A stretch of DNA of 64,000 bases from Actinomycetes bacterium. GTDB taxonomy: Bacteria; Actinomycetota; Acidimicrobiia; Acidimicrobiales; Bog-793. Under the pieces are notes generated by a model. The model had not been told where the DNA came from and did no database searches. It was given only the letters and a program-made list of their open reading frames with translations. The stretch covers positions 3,977-67,976 of the forward strand of contig JAKABX010000001.1 of assembly GCA_021796545.1 (NCBI GenBank), written 5' to 3'. The translations under genes were made by a program, and so were the position numbers. Positions 1 through 9,289 of this stretch are shown piece by piece. The stretch's first letter is position 1; each line of letters begins with the position of its first letter.

Positions 1-1082
1 AACGCGGCGAGCAGCCCCGCCGCACGCGGCGCGTCGGGCACGAGGTCGGCGACCACGCCGCGGCGCCGAAGCGCCGCCGCTGTGGCCTCCCCGACCGCCG
101 CGACGGCAGGCCCCGCGAGCGCCCGAGCGTCGCGCAGTTCGGCGAAACAGCGCTCGACCGCGTTCGTCGAGGCGAAGACGATCCACGCGTAGCTCTTGAG
201 CGTCTCGAGTGCGGCACGCAGCGCCGCGCCGGCGTCGGGCGGGTCGGTGATCTCGAGCGTCGGGAACTCGACAACCTCGGCCCCGAGCGCCGCGAGCGCA
301 GTCGAGAGCGCGCCCGCCTGGTCCGCCGCCCGCGTCACCACGACCCGACGGCGCGCCAGCGGCCGATCCTCGACCGTGGCGAGACGCAGCCGCGCGACCG
401 CGCCGATGACGAGCGTCGCCGGCGAGGCGACCGGTTGCCGCCCGAGCGCTGCAAGCGTGGTGCGGACCGTGCGCTGGAGCGCGGTGGCCGGGAGCTCGAC
501 GGCGGCGACGGGCGTCTCGGGATCCATCCCCCCGGCGACGAGGCGCCGCGCGATCTCGTCGCGGCGCTCGGCGCCCGTCACCACGACGAGCGTCGTGCGC
601 GCACGGACCAGAGCTGCCCAGTCGGGCGCGCCCCGCGCGCCCGGATCACGCCCGGAGACCACCGTCACCCCCGCCGAGGCGTCGCCCTGGACGACCGGGA
701 TGCCGGCGAGCAGGGGCGCGGCGAGTGCCGCGCAGAGCCCGGGGACGACCTCGAGCGCCACACCTGCCGCCGCGAGGGCGATGGCCTCGTCCGCACCACG
801 GCCGAAGACATAGGGGTCGCCGACGACGAGGCGGACGACGCGCCGGCCCTGGCGCGCGGCGGTGACGACCAACGCGACGGTCTCGTCTCGAACGCCGGCC
901 CCGTCGTCTTCGATCGCCGGGCCTGCGTCGACGAGCTCGGCACCGCGCCGCGCCAGGCGCAACAGCGCGGGGGCGACAAGGCGGTCGTGCACGACGACAT
1001 CGGCGGCCGCCACCAGCTCGGCCCCGCGGCGCGTGAGCAGGCCGGGATCTCCCGGCCCCGCGCCGACGAGGTGGACGGTCAC
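1..1082 (-). CDS. hemD: uroporphyrinogen-III C-methyltransferase / uroporphyrinogen-III synthase fusion (CobA-HemD type); 3' end runs off the window
   Basis: Own translation of the minus strand from GTG at 1082 gives VTVHLVGAGPGDPGLLTRRGAELV...VVGDPYVFGRGADE (SUMT-like half), then RRVVVTRAADQAGALS...YAWIVFASTNAVE (HemD-like half). No stop before position 1. GTGA overlap with the hemC stop (1079-1082). Absent from the ORF track because it is open at the window edge. Confidence 0.85.
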   Translation of the reverse strand, partial: MTVHLVGAGPGDPGLLTRRGAELVAAADVVVHDRLVAPALLRLARRGAELVDAGPAIEDDGAGVRDETVALVVTAARQGRRVVRLVVGDPYVFGRGADEAIALAAAGVALEVVPGLCAALAAPLLAGIPVVQGDASAGVTVVSGRDPGARGAPDWAALVRARTTLVVVTGAERRDEIARRLVAGGMDPETPVAAVELPATALQRTVRTTLAALGRQPVASPATLVIGAVARLRLATVEDRPLARRRVVVTRAADQAGALSTALAALGAEVVEFPTLEITDPPDAGAALRAALETLKSYAWIVFASTNAVERCFAELRDARALAGPAVAAVGEATAAALRRRGVVADLVPDAPRAAGLLAA

Positions 1083-1972
1083 CACTCGCCCACGACGAGC
1101 GAGCCGCCCCGGTGCGCGACGAGCTCGTCGGCGAGGCGGGCGCCGAGTTGCTCGGGCGCTGTGCCGGTCGCGCGCGCGCGGAGGACGAAGTGCCCGTCGC
1201 GGCGCGCGAGGAGACCCTCGAGGCAGAGTCCGCCCTCCTCGATGCGGGCAAGCGCCCCGACCGGCGCGTCGCAGCCCCCCCCGAGGCCGGCGAGGAACGC
1301 GCGCTCAGCGAGCAGGCAGCGGTGCGCGTCGGGGTCGTCGACGGCCGCGAGCCGCGCGATGGTCGCCGCGTCGTCCTCCCGGCAGCGCAACGCCAGCGCG
1401 CCCTGGCCGACCTGGGGCAACAGGACGCTCGTCGGCAGGATCTCGGCCGCGTCGGCTGTCAGCCCGAGGCGGGCGAGCGCCGCGGCCGCGACCACGACCG
1501 CGCCGCCGTCGGGCACGCGGGAAAGGCGCGTCGCGATGTTGCCGCGCAGACCGACAAAGCCGAGGTCGGGGCGCAGCGCCGCGAGCTGGGCACGCCGGCG
1601 CACCGACCCAGTCGCGACGAGCGCTCCAGGACGCAGCTCGGCGAGCGACCGGCCGACAAGTGCGTCGCGCGGGTCGGCGCGGGACGGCACCGCCGCGAGG
1701 ACGAGCCCGGGCGGCGGCGCCGCTGCGGGGAGGTCCTTGGCGGAGTGGACCGCGACGTCCGCGCGGCCCTCGAGGACCGCCGCTTCGATCTCGGTGACGA
1801 AGACGCCGCGCTCGCCGAGCCGCTCGATCGGGACCGAGAGGTCCCGGTCACCGGCGCTGTCGAGAAGCACGGGCACCGCCTCGTCACCGACCGCCACGAG
1901 CGCGGCCGCGACGAGCGCGACCTGAGCCCGCGCGAGCGGGCTCCGACGCGTGGCGAGCCGCAGGGGCGCCAC
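1079..1972 (-). CDS. hemC: hydroxymethylbilane synthase (porphobilinogen deaminase)
   Basis: 297 aa ORF. LRLATRRSPLARAQ, VHSAKDLP and GGCDAPVGA segments are typical of HemC. It lies 5 nt after hemA in hemA-hemC-hemD order. Confidence 0.93.
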   Translation of the reverse strand: MAPLRLATRRSPLARAQVALVAAALVAVGDEAVPVLLDSAGDRDLSVPIERLGERGVFVTEIEAAVLEGRADVAVHSAKDLPAAAPPPGLVLAAVPSRADPRDALVGRSLAELRPGALVATGSVRRRAQLAALRPDLGFVGLRGNIATRLSRVPDGGAVVVAAAALARLGLTADAAEILPTSVLLPQVGQGALALRCREDDAATIARLAAVDDPDAHRCLLAERAFLAGLGGGCDAPVGALARIEEGGLCLEGLLARRDGHFVLRARATGTAPEQLGARLADELVAHRGGSLVVGEW

Positions 1973-1977
1973 CGCAG

Positions 1978-3225
1978 CTACAGGTCGAACAGGGCGCGCA
2001 GCGCCTCGGCGAGGCGCTCGCCACGCGGTGAGCCGGCGGCCTCTTTCAGCTGGACCGTCGGCTCGTGGAGGAGCTTCGCAACGACCCGGCGCGTCGCCTC
2101 GTCGACGGCCGCGCGCTCGTGGGGCTCAAGGCGCGCGGTGACCCGCTCGACCTCGGCGGCACGCATCGCCTCGGCGCGGGCCCGCAGAGACGCGACCAGC
2201 GGGGCCACGCTGCGACCGAGCACGCCGGCGCGGTAGCGGCCGAGTTCCTCGTCGATGATCTCGAGCGCCCGCGGCACCTCGGCGCGGCGCGAGGCCATCT
2301 CGCGTTCCGCGTAGGCGTTGAGGTCGTCCATGTCGACGAGCGTCACGCCCTCGAGGGCCGCGACCGCCGGGTCGACGTCGCGGGGCACCCCGGCGTCGAT
2401 GACGAGCAACGGCCGTTCCGCGCGCCCGCCCCTCAGGTCCTCCGGACCGATCAGCGGCCCGGGCGCCGAGGTGGCGGTGAGCAGCACGTCGGCCTCGACA
2501 AGCGCTTCGCGCACCTCTTCGAGGGGGATCGCCCGCCCCCCCACGCTCCCCGCGACCTCGTCGGCGCGCGCCCGCGCCCGGCTCGCGACGGTGAAGCGGA
2601 GCCCGGGCGCCGCGGCCGCGAGCGTCGTCGCGAGGCCTGCGCCCGCCTCGCCGGCGCCGATGAGCAGCGCATGGTGGTCGCTCAGGTCGCCGAGGAGCGA
2701 GCGGGCGACCCCGACCGCCACGTGGGCCAGAGACGTCGTCCCTCGCGCGATCGCCGTCTCGGCGCGCACGCGCTTTCCGACTGCGATGGCGCTGCGGAAC
2801 AGGCCGGTCAGGACCGGCCCGGCGGCGCGCTCGGCCGCGGCGCGCTCGGCCGCGTGGCGGACCTGGCGCAGGATCTCGCCCTCGCCGAGGAGGACCGAGT
2901 CGACGCCGGCCGCAACCTCGAAGAGGTGGCGGGCCGCGGCATCGTCGTAGGCGACGGTGAGCACGGCGTCGAGGTCGCAGGTCGCCTCGTCACCGAGGCG
3001 ACCTGCGAAGAAGGCCCGGATGTCGCCGAGCGCGTCGTGGAAGCGATCGACGACCGCGTACACCTCGGTGCGCAGGCAGGTCGAGACGACGACCGCCTCG
3101 GAGATCTCCGGGCTGTCGCAAAGCACGCGCAGTGCCTTGCCGAGCTCGTCATCGGCGACGGTGAGCCGGCCGAGCACATCGAGGCTCGTCTCCCGCTCGT
3201 GACACCCGACGACGACGACCGACAC
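1978..3225 (-). CDS. hemA: glutamyl-tRNA reductase
   Basis: 415 aa. N-terminus VVVGCHERETSLDVLGRL, Rossmann LLIGAGEAG, and a C-terminal dimerisation-helix-like region. Heme operon context. Confidence 0.93.
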   Translation of the reverse strand: MSVVVVGCHERETSLDVLGRLTVADDELGKALRVLCDSPEISEAVVVSTCLRTEVYAVVDRFHDALGDIRAFFAGRLGDEATCDLDAVLTVAYDDAAARHLFEVAAGVDSVLLGEGEILRQVRHAAERAAAERAAGPVLTGLFRSAIAVGKRVRAETAIARGTTSLAHVAVGVARSLLGDLSDHHALLIGAGEAGAGLATTLAAAAPGLRFTVASRARARADEVAGSVGGRAIPLEEVREALVEADVLLTATSAPGPLIGPEDLRGGRAERPLLVIDAGVPRDVDPAVAALEGVTLVDMDDLNAYAEREMASRRAEVPRALEIIDEELGRYRAGVLGRSVAPLVASLRARAEAMRAAEVERVTARLEPHERAAVDEATRRVVAKLLHEPTVQLKEAAGSPRGERLAEALRALFDL

Positions 3226-3296
3226 CCTGCCCTCCTGCGCCGTGGAACGCGCCGCCCCGGGGGGCGCGCGACGGCCCTCTGCGCAGCTCCCGAACT

Positions 3297-3989
3297 CTAG
3301 CGCCCGGCGGCCGCGTCCCCCGGTGAGACTACGGCCCGCCGGGCGCGGTGGCGATCGCGGGTGCCGTAGAACGCGAGAACCTGGAGTTCGGCGGCGAGGT
3401 CGACGGTGCCGAGCCGCACGCTCGGCGCAGCGTGCAAGACGACGGGGGCGAGATTGAGGATCGCCCGCACCCCCGCGCCGGCAAGGCGGTCGGCGAGCGA
3501 CTGGGCGACCTCGGCGGGCGTGGCGAGCACGGCGATGACCGCGCCCTCGCGCCGCACGACGCGCTCGAGGGCGTCGACGTGCTCGACCGGAACGCCCGCG
3601 ACCTCGGTCCCGACGATCTCGGGGTCGACGTCGAGCAGGGCGGCCACGCGCAGTCCCCGGGCGGAGAAGTTGCCCGACCGGGCGAGCGCGCGACCCAGGT
3701 TGCCGACCCCGACGACGACGATCGGGGACTCCTTATCGATGCCGAGCGCGCGGTCCACCTGCGTGAGCAGGTGACGGACCTCGTAGCCGGTCCCCCGCGT
3801 TCCCCACGAGCCGAGGTGGGAGAGGTCCCGCCTCAGCGTCGCCGCGTTGACGCCGGTCGCCGCCGCGAGCTCGGCCGAGGCGATCGTCTGCAGCCCGCGG
3901 CGCTCGTAATCGACGAGCGCGCGGTGGTAGACGGGGAGACGGGCGACCGTCGGCGCCGGGACCTTGGCGCGGAGCCCGCTGCGCCGCAT
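3297..3989 (-). CDS. rex: redox-sensing transcriptional repressor Rex
   Basis: 230 aa. Winged-helix RLPVYHRAL...ELAAATGVNAATLRRDLS, then Rossmann VVVGVGNLGRALA. Sits directly upstream of hemACD, the arrangement known for the Streptomyces rex-hemACD operon. Confidence 0.9.
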   Translation of the reverse strand: MRRSGLRAKVPAPTVARLPVYHRALVDYERRGLQTIASAELAAATGVNAATLRRDLSHLGSWGTRGTGYEVRHLLTQVDRALGIDKESPIVVVGVGNLGRALARSGNFSARGLRVAALLDVDPEIVGTEVAGVPVEHVDALERVVRREGAVIAVLATPAEVAQSLADRLAGAGVRAILNLAPVVLHAAPSVRLGTVDLAAELQVLAFYGTRDRHRARRAVVSPGDAAAGR

Positions 3990-4122
3990 GGGCGAACCCT
4001 AGGGGGCCGGCGCGGCGTCGGACAACCCGGGGGCACTCCCGCCTACCCGCGCTCGGTCGGCACAGCCGGTGTGCGGACGCGCGTGACAATCCGGCCGTCC
4101 GCTCCCCGGACCGCCGACGGGG

Positions 4123-4326
4123 TCAGCCTGCTTCGGTGAAGCGGGCTGACAGGTAGTGGTCGACGTCCTCCTCGCGCAGCCGGTACGACCGGCCGACGCG
4201 GACGGCGGGCAGCTCGCCGGCGCTGATCAGCCGGTAGACCGTCATGTTGGAGACGCGCAGTAGGCGCGCGACCTCCGCGACGGTCAGGAACTGCGCCTTG
4301 GTGTAGCGAACGGTCAGTGCTCTCAC
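4123..4326 (-). CDS. small excisionase/MerR-like helix-turn-helix DNA-binding protein (Rv0500A-like)
   Basis: 67 aa. LTVAEVARLLRVSNMTVYRLISAGELPAVRVGRSYRL is a classic excisionase-type HTH. Conserved position next to proC, as with Rv0500A/Rv0500. Confidence 0.8.
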   Translation of the reverse strand: MRALTVRYTKAQFLTVAEVARLLRVSNMTVYRLISAGELPAVRVGRSYRLREEDVDHYLSARFTEAG

Positions 4327-4393
4327 CCCTCTCCGCCACCACGAACACTAGGCGCGCGACGCTCGGAGGGGAAGGGTGCGCCCGCGCGGGCCC

Positions 4394-5194
4394 TCAGTGC
4401 TCCGCGCCGATCTCGCGAGACCGGCGCACCGCCGCCTCGACGGCCTCGAGGAATGCGGCCCGGACCCCCCGCTCCTCGAGCGCACGGAGTCCGACCGCGG
4501 TGGTCCCGCCCGGCGAGGTGACCGCGGCGCGCAGGCGCTCGGGCGACTCGGCCGTCTCCGCGAGCATCCGCCCGGCTCCGACCAGGGTCTGGACCGTGAG
4601 GACGGTCGCGACCTCCCGGTCCAAGCCGGCGAGCACGCCCGCCTCGATCAACGCCTCGGCCACGAGGAAGATGTAGGCGGGCCCCGAGCCCGACAGTCCT
4701 GTCGCGACGTCGAGGAGCGGCTCGGAGAGGCGGACGACCACGCCGAGCGCCGAGAGCAGGCCCTCGGCCCACTCGAGGTCCGCCTCACCGGCCGCCGAGC
4801 CTCCCGCGATCGCGCTCGCGCCCGAGCCGACGAGGGCAGGGGTGTTCGGCATGGCGCGGACGACGGGGAGACCGGGCCAAAGGCACGCCTCGAGGCGCGC
4901 GACGGGCACCCCGGCAACGATGGAGAGCGCGCGGCCGTACCCGCCGCGCGGAAGCGCCCGGCACGCGGCGACGACGTCTTTCGGTTTCACGGCGAGAACC
5001 AGGGCGTCCGCGGGGACCGGCGCCTCGAGCGCCTCGAGGTCGGGATACCGGTCCCCCAGCCGCACTCGGGCCGCGGGATCCGGGTCGGCCAAGGCGATGT
5101 CCCCGCGCTGTGCCCAGCCGGAGCGCAGAAGGCCGGCGGCGAGCGCGGTCCCCATGCGGCCGGCACCGAGAACGAGGAGCTTCGGCACGGCCAC
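4394..5194 (-). CDS. proC: pyrroline-5-carboxylate reductase
   Basis: The ORF-track frame 4394..5557 has an Arg/Pro-rich, non-protein-like first 120 aa. GTG at 5194 gives VAVPKLLVLGAGRMGTALAAGLL (Rossmann start), 20 nt after the mshA stop. The C-terminus carries the SPGGTT motif. Confidence 0.88.
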   Translation of the reverse strand: MAVPKLLVLGAGRMGTALAAGLLRSGWAQRGDIALADPDPAARVRLGDRYPDLEALEAPVPADALVLAVKPKDVVAACRALPRGGYGRALSIVAGVPVARLEACLWPGLPVVRAMPNTPALVGSGASAIAGGSAAGEADLEWAEGLLSALGVVVRLSEPLLDVATGLSGSGPAYIFLVAEALIEAGVLAGLDREVATVLTVQTLVGAGRMLAETAESPERLRAAVTSPGGTTAVGLRALEERGVRAAFLEAVEAAVRRSREIGAEH

Positions 5195-5214
5195 GACGCT
5201 ACCGGCCCGGCGCG

Positions 5215-6462
5215 TCAGGCGCAGGTGACGAGCGCCCGCTCCGTGAGGTGCGCGTAGCGCTCGAGAAGCCCGGCAGCCGCGAGCGGCCAGGTATAGCGCC
5301 GCGCCCGCTCGGCCGCGGCGGAGCCGAGGCCCGCGGCGTGCAGGCGGTCGCCGAGCACCGTCGCAAGGGACCGGGCGAAGCCCGGGACGTCGCCGCGATC
5401 GACGACGTACCCGGTCTCGCCGTGGGCCACGAGGGTGGTCAGCCCTCCCACCGCCGAGGCGACGACGGGGATGCCGCACGCGGCGGCCTCGAGCGCGACG
5501 AGCCCGAAGGACTCCGAGCGGCTCGGGACGACGCAACAGTCCGCCGCCCGGTACCACGTCGAGAGGAGCTCGTGGGGCTGAGGCGGCACGAAGGAGACGG
5601 CGTCCTCCAGGCCGAGGATCCGGGCCAGCTCGACGAGGCGGCCGCGCTCAGCCTCGCCTTCGGGGCCGCTCGGCCCTCCGACGACGACGAGGCGCGCGTC
5701 GGGGATCCCGAGGGCTGGCAGCGCCGCGAGCGCCCGCAGCGCGACCGTCAGGCCCTTCAATGGCTGGATCCTCCCGACGGCGAGAACCAGCGGACGCTCG
5801 GGTGCAAGGCGCAGCGCGCGCCGCGCCTGGGTCTGGTCGCCGGGCGAGAAGAACGCATGGTCGACTCCCGGCGGCACGATCGCGACGCGGCCGGGGTCGG
5901 CGCCGTACAGCTCGACGAGCTGGTCGAGCTCGACCGTGCAGGAGGCGAGCACCAGGTCGGAGCAGCCGATCACCGCGGCCTCGGCCCGCGCCCGTCTCTC
6001 GGGTTCCTCGTGGTCGACGTCTTCGGGACTCGCTTCGGCCTTGACACGGTCCAGGGTGTGGAAGGTCGAGACGAGAGGGAGATCGAGACGGTGCTTCAGC
6101 ACGTGCCCGGCCAGCCCGGAGAGCCAGTAGTTCGCGTGGATCGCGTCGGGCGGGCCGTCGGGGTCCGTCGCCATCGCCGCACCGACGCGCTCTGCGAACT
6201 CGTCCACGAGCCGGTGCAGGCCGGCCTTGGGCACCAGGGCGCGGGGCCCGGCGGGCACGTGGTGGACGACGAGGCCCGGCTCGACGACGACGCGCTCGGC
6301 CTGGTCGCGACGTTCGGTCCGCGTGTAGACGTCGCAGTGCACCCCGCTGCGCGCGAGGGCCGTCGCGAGCTCGCGCACGTAGACGTTCATCCCGCCGCCA
6401 TCGCCGGTACCGGGCTGGGCGAGCGGGGACGTGTGCATCGACAGCACCGCCAGCTTTCGCAT
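5215..6462 (-). CDS. mshA: D-inositol-3-phosphate glycosyltransferase (mycothiol biosynthesis, GT4)
   Basis: ATG at 6462 gives MRKLAVLSMHTSPLAQPGTGDGGGMNVYVRELA, the characteristic MshA N-terminus. GT4 C-terminal EsFGLValEAaAcG motif. The upstream 65 codons of the track ORF look non-coding. Confidence 0.88.
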   Translation of the reverse strand: MRKLAVLSMHTSPLAQPGTGDGGGMNVYVRELATALARSGVHCDVYTRTERRDQAERVVVEPGLVVHHVPAGPRALVPKAGLHRLVDEFAERVGAAMATDPDGPPDAIHANYWLSGLAGHVLKHRLDLPLVSTFHTLDRVKAEASPEDVDHEEPERRARAEAAVIGCSDLVLASCTVELDQLVELYGADPGRVAIVPPGVDHAFFSPGDQTQARRALRLAPERPLVLAVGRIQPLKGLTVALRALAALPALGIPDARLVVVGGPSGPEGEAERGRLVELARILGLEDAVSFVPPQPHELLSTWYRAADCCVVPSRSESFGLVALEAAACGIPVVASAVGGLTTLVAHGETGYVVDRGDVPGFARSLATVLGDRLHAAGLGSAAAERARRYTWPLAAAGLLERYAHLTERALVTCA

Positions 6463-6484
6463 CGGGGTGCAATCTACCGGCGGC

Positions 6485-7033
6485 TCACCGCAGCCCTGCC
6501 GCCCCCGGGGGGTGCCCGCGGGGACCCGTGCGGGGCCCTCGCTCGAGAGGCCCGGCACGCGATGCCGGCGCGTAGCGCCACCAGGCCCGGCCAACCACGA
6601 GCTCGCGCTGCACCGGACCGAATTTGCGGCTGTCGCGGCTTGCGTCCGGGTTGTCACCGAGCAGGACGACCGTCTCGTCGCCCACCTCGACCGCGCGCTT
6701 GACCACGAGGCGAGACGCCACGTCCGGATCGCGGACCACGACGACGTCGCCGTCGCGGATACGCGCCGTCACATGAACGAGGAGCCGGTCGCCCTCGAGC
6801 AGTCCGGGCCGCATGCTCGGCCCGTGCACCTGCACCCGCCGGCACCACCGGCGCCCGACGCCGGACCCCACGGCGGCGAGCAGCGCCAGGACCGAGACGG
6901 GTCGGCGCGCTCTGACCGCGCGACGCCCGGCCTCGTTAGGCTGTGGCCGCCTGCCCGGCTCGGAGCGCCCCGCTCCCGACCGACGGCGGCGGCTCGACAG
7001 AAGCGATCGAAGGGACCCGGAGATGACACTCAT
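6485..7033 (-). CDS. sodX: S26-family signal-peptidase-like Ni-SOD maturation protease
   Basis: 182 aa with VHGPSMRPGL (catalytic Ser box) and GDNPDASRDSRKFGPV. Divergent from sodN. The start is uncertain: the track start at 7033 overlaps the sodN start by 11 nt. Confidence 0.75.
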   Translation of the reverse strand: MSVISGSLRSLLSSRRRRSGAGRSEPGRRPQPNEAGRRAVRARRPVSVLALLAAVGSGVGRRWCRRVQVHGPSMRPGLLEGDRLLVHVTARIRDGDVVVVRDPDVASRLVVKRAVEVGDETVVLLGDNPDASRDSRKFGPVQRELVVGRAWWRYAPASRAGPLERGPRTGPRGHPPGAAGLR

Positions 7034-7442
7034 TTCACGCCTGTTCGCCGTGCTCGACCGCGTGGTGCCGCCGGTCGCGGTCCACGCCCACTGCGACCTG
7101 CCCTGCGGCGTCTATGACCCCGCGCAGGCCCGGATCGAGGCCGAGTCGGTCAAGGCGATCATGGAGAAGTACAACGCCTCGGACGACCACGACTTCAAGA
7201 CCCGCGCCCTGTTCATCAAGGAGCAGCGGGCCGAGCTCGTCAAGCACCACCTCTGGGTCCTTTGGACCGACTACTTCAAGCCCGCGCACGCGGAGAAGTT
7301 CCCCGAGCTGCACGAGCTCTTCTGGCGCGCGACCAAGGTTGCCGGCGACACCAAGAAGACCAACGACGTGGCCGTCGCGGACAAACTGTTGGCGGACATC
7401 GCCGAGATCGACCGGATCTTCTGGGAGACCAAGAAGGCCTGA
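7023..7442 (+). CDS. sodN: nickel-containing superoxide dismutase precursor
   Basis: ATG at 7023. MTLISRLFAVLDRVVPPVAVHA followed by HCDLPCGVYDP (Ni-hook). 139 aa, with the rest matching the four-helix NiSOD pattern. Confidence 0.95.
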   Translation: MTLISRLFAVLDRVVPPVAVHAHCDLPCGVYDPAQARIEAESVKAIMEKYNASDDHDFKTRALFIKEQRAELVKHHLWVLWTDYFKPAHAEKFPELHELFWRATKVAGDTKKTNDVAVADKLLADIAEIDRIFWETKKA

Positions 7443-7476
7443 ACCCCATGCCGGGCGGGCCCGGCGGATCGATCGA

Positions 7477-7510
7477 GCGACCCCGGCGCGCACCCGCGTG
7501 TCGGGGTCGC
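7477..7510. terminator. hairpin between convergent sodN and the DksA-like gene (candidate bidirectional terminator)
   Basis: Perfect 9-bp arms gcgaccccg (7477-7485) and cggggtcgc (7502-7510) with a 16-nt loop. No U-tract. Confidence 0.35.
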
Positions 7511-7528
7511 AACGCGTCTTGGCACAGT

Positions 7529-7801
7529 TCACGCGTGCGCGGCGCAGCGGTTCGCCGACGGGGCCCCGGAGACGACGTCGTCGCCCAGCGGCGCGCCGCA
7601 GACCTCACAGGTGCGCTCGCCACCCGACTCGAGCCGCTCGAGTGCCCGGCTCACCGCGGCGAGCGCCTCCTCGATCGCGTCGAGCTCGGCCCCGGCATCG
7701 GCGACCACCGGGTCGGGAACCGCGCGCAGCTCGTTGGCCGGGGTGTCGGCCACCTTGTCGGGCCCGGCGGCGGCAGGGGGCGGGGGGCTCTCGTCGGTCA
7801 T
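7529..7801 (-). CDS. TraR/DksA-family C4-type zinc-finger protein (variant CxxC-x17-CxxH)
   Basis: ATG at 7801 overlaps the ndh stop (ATGA, 7798-7801). 90 aa. Coiled-coil-like ELDAIEEALAAVSRALERLE, then CEVCGAPLGDDVVSGAPSANRCAAH. Confidence 0.65.
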   Translation of the reverse strand: MTDESPPPPAAAGPDKVADTPANELRAVPDPVVADAGAELDAIEEALAAVSRALERLESGGERTCEVCGAPLGDDVVSGAPSANRCAAHA

Positions 7802-9078
7802 TGGCGGTCCACCATGATCACCCGGCTCGCCCGATCCCAGGTGATGTAGTTCCACGCCCAGTTCACGAGGACGACGACGCGGTTGCGGAAGCCGATCAGG
7901 AACACGAGGTGGACGACGAGCCACGCGAGCCAGCCGACCGTTCCCCGCAGGGCGATGCGTCCGGGCAGCTCGGCGACGGCCGCCCGGCGGCCGATCGTGG
8001 CCATGATGCCGTGATTGTGATAGCGGAAGGCCGGTGCCGGCGCCCCCGCGAGACGACTGCGGATCACCCGGGCCACATGGCGACCACCCTGGATCGCAAC
8101 CTGCGCCAGCTGGGGGAGCGGACGGCCCTCGCCGCCGTCCACCAGCGCCATGTCGCCGACGACGAAAACCTCGGGGCGCCCGGGGAGCGAGAGGTCGGCG
8201 CCGACGGGAACGGTCCCGTTGCGGGCTCTGTCGCCAGGGAGCAGCTCGGCGAGCGGATTGGCGCGGACGCCGGCGGTCCACACGACCGTGGAGGCGACGA
8301 CCGCACGGCCGTCCGCCAGGAGAACGCCGTCGGCGCGCACCTCGGCAAGGGGGGCCTCGAGAAGGACCTCGACGCCTTTGGTGCGAAGGACGCGTAGCGC
8401 CTCCTCCTGCGACGCGCGCGAGAAGCCGCCGAGGAGATGATCGAGCGCCTCGACCAGCACGACGCGCGCATCGGAGACCTCGAGGTGCGGAAAGTCCAGC
8501 GCGAGGTTGGTCCCGATCAGCTCCGCCAGGGCGCCCGCCATCTCGACGCCGGTCGGTCCGCCACCGACCAGCACGACGGTGAGCAGGCCGGGCACCTTCT
8601 CGGGCTGGGCGTCGGCCCGCTCGAAGCACTCGAGAACGTGATTGCGCAGGTGGACGGCGTCGGCGAGCGTCTTCAGCGCGAACGCGTGCTCGGCGACGCC
8701 GGGGATGTCGAAGTCCGCCGTCGCGCTCCCCGGTGCGAGGACGAGATAGTCGTACTCGAGCGGATCGCCGCGATCGACGGCGACGACGCGTCGCTCGAGG
8801 TCGATGCCGGTCACCGCTGCATGGCGCACCGTGACGTCGGGGCGGCCGGCGAAGATCGACCGGATCGGGTGCGCGATGTCCTCGGGAGCGAGACCCGCCG
8901 TCGCGACCTGGTAGAGCAGCGGCCAGAAGCCGTGGTAGTTGTCCCGGTCGACGACCGTCACCTCCGCGCCCGAGCCGATGAGGCCGAGCGCGGCGTTGAG
9001 ACCGCCGAAGCCGGCGCCGACGACCACGACGCGCGGCCGCGGACGCCCGCGGGGGGCGATCGGTTCGGTCGTTGCCAT
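7798..9078 (-). CDS. ndh: type II NADH:quinone oxidoreductase (NDH-2)
   Basis: From the Met at 9078: MATTEPIAPRGRPRPRVVVVGAGFGGLNAA (FAD GxGxxG) and a second dinucleotide fold VVLVGGGPTGVEMAGAL. Track ORF is 7798..9126. Confidence 0.9.
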   Translation of the reverse strand: MATTEPIAPRGRPRPRVVVVGAGFGGLNAALGLIGSGAEVTVVDRDNYHGFWPLLYQVATAGLAPEDIAHPIRSIFAGRPDVTVRHAAVTGIDLERRVVAVDRGDPLEYDYLVLAPGSATADFDIPGVAEHAFALKTLADAVHLRNHVLECFERADAQPEKVPGLLTVVLVGGGPTGVEMAGALAELIGTNLALDFPHLEVSDARVVLVEALDHLLGGFSRASQEEALRVLRTKGVEVLLEAPLAEVRADGVLLADGRAVVASTVVWTAGVRANPLAELLPGDRARNGTVPVGADLSLPGRPEVFVVGDMALVDGGEGRPLPQLAQVAIQGGRHVARVIRSRLAGAPAPAFRYHNHGIMATIGRRAAVAELPGRIALRGTVGWLAWLVVHLVFLIGFRNRVVVLVNWAWNYITWDRASRVIMVDRQ

Positions 9079-9289
9079 CGCACTATCGTGCCCGATCCCC
9101 GCGCCGGCGCTGCACAGCGCCCGCACCTCGCTGGTGCTGGACGGACCGCGGGAATCGTGCTCAGCTTGCCCGCGTCAGCGGGTCCGCAGCGGGCGGACCG
9201 GGTACGGAGCGTCGGATCGGCCCCGGGGAGGCGGAGGTGGCCTTTGTGGTGGCGAGGCCCTCGACACCCCGGCGCGTGAGCGTCCACCG

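Noticed and set aside
3990-4122. Searched upstream of rex for a Rex operator (TGTGA-N6-8-TCACA type inverted repeat).
   Set aside because: Only tgtgcggacgcgcgtgaca was found, and it is not an inverted repeat. I cannot support an operator call from sequence alone.
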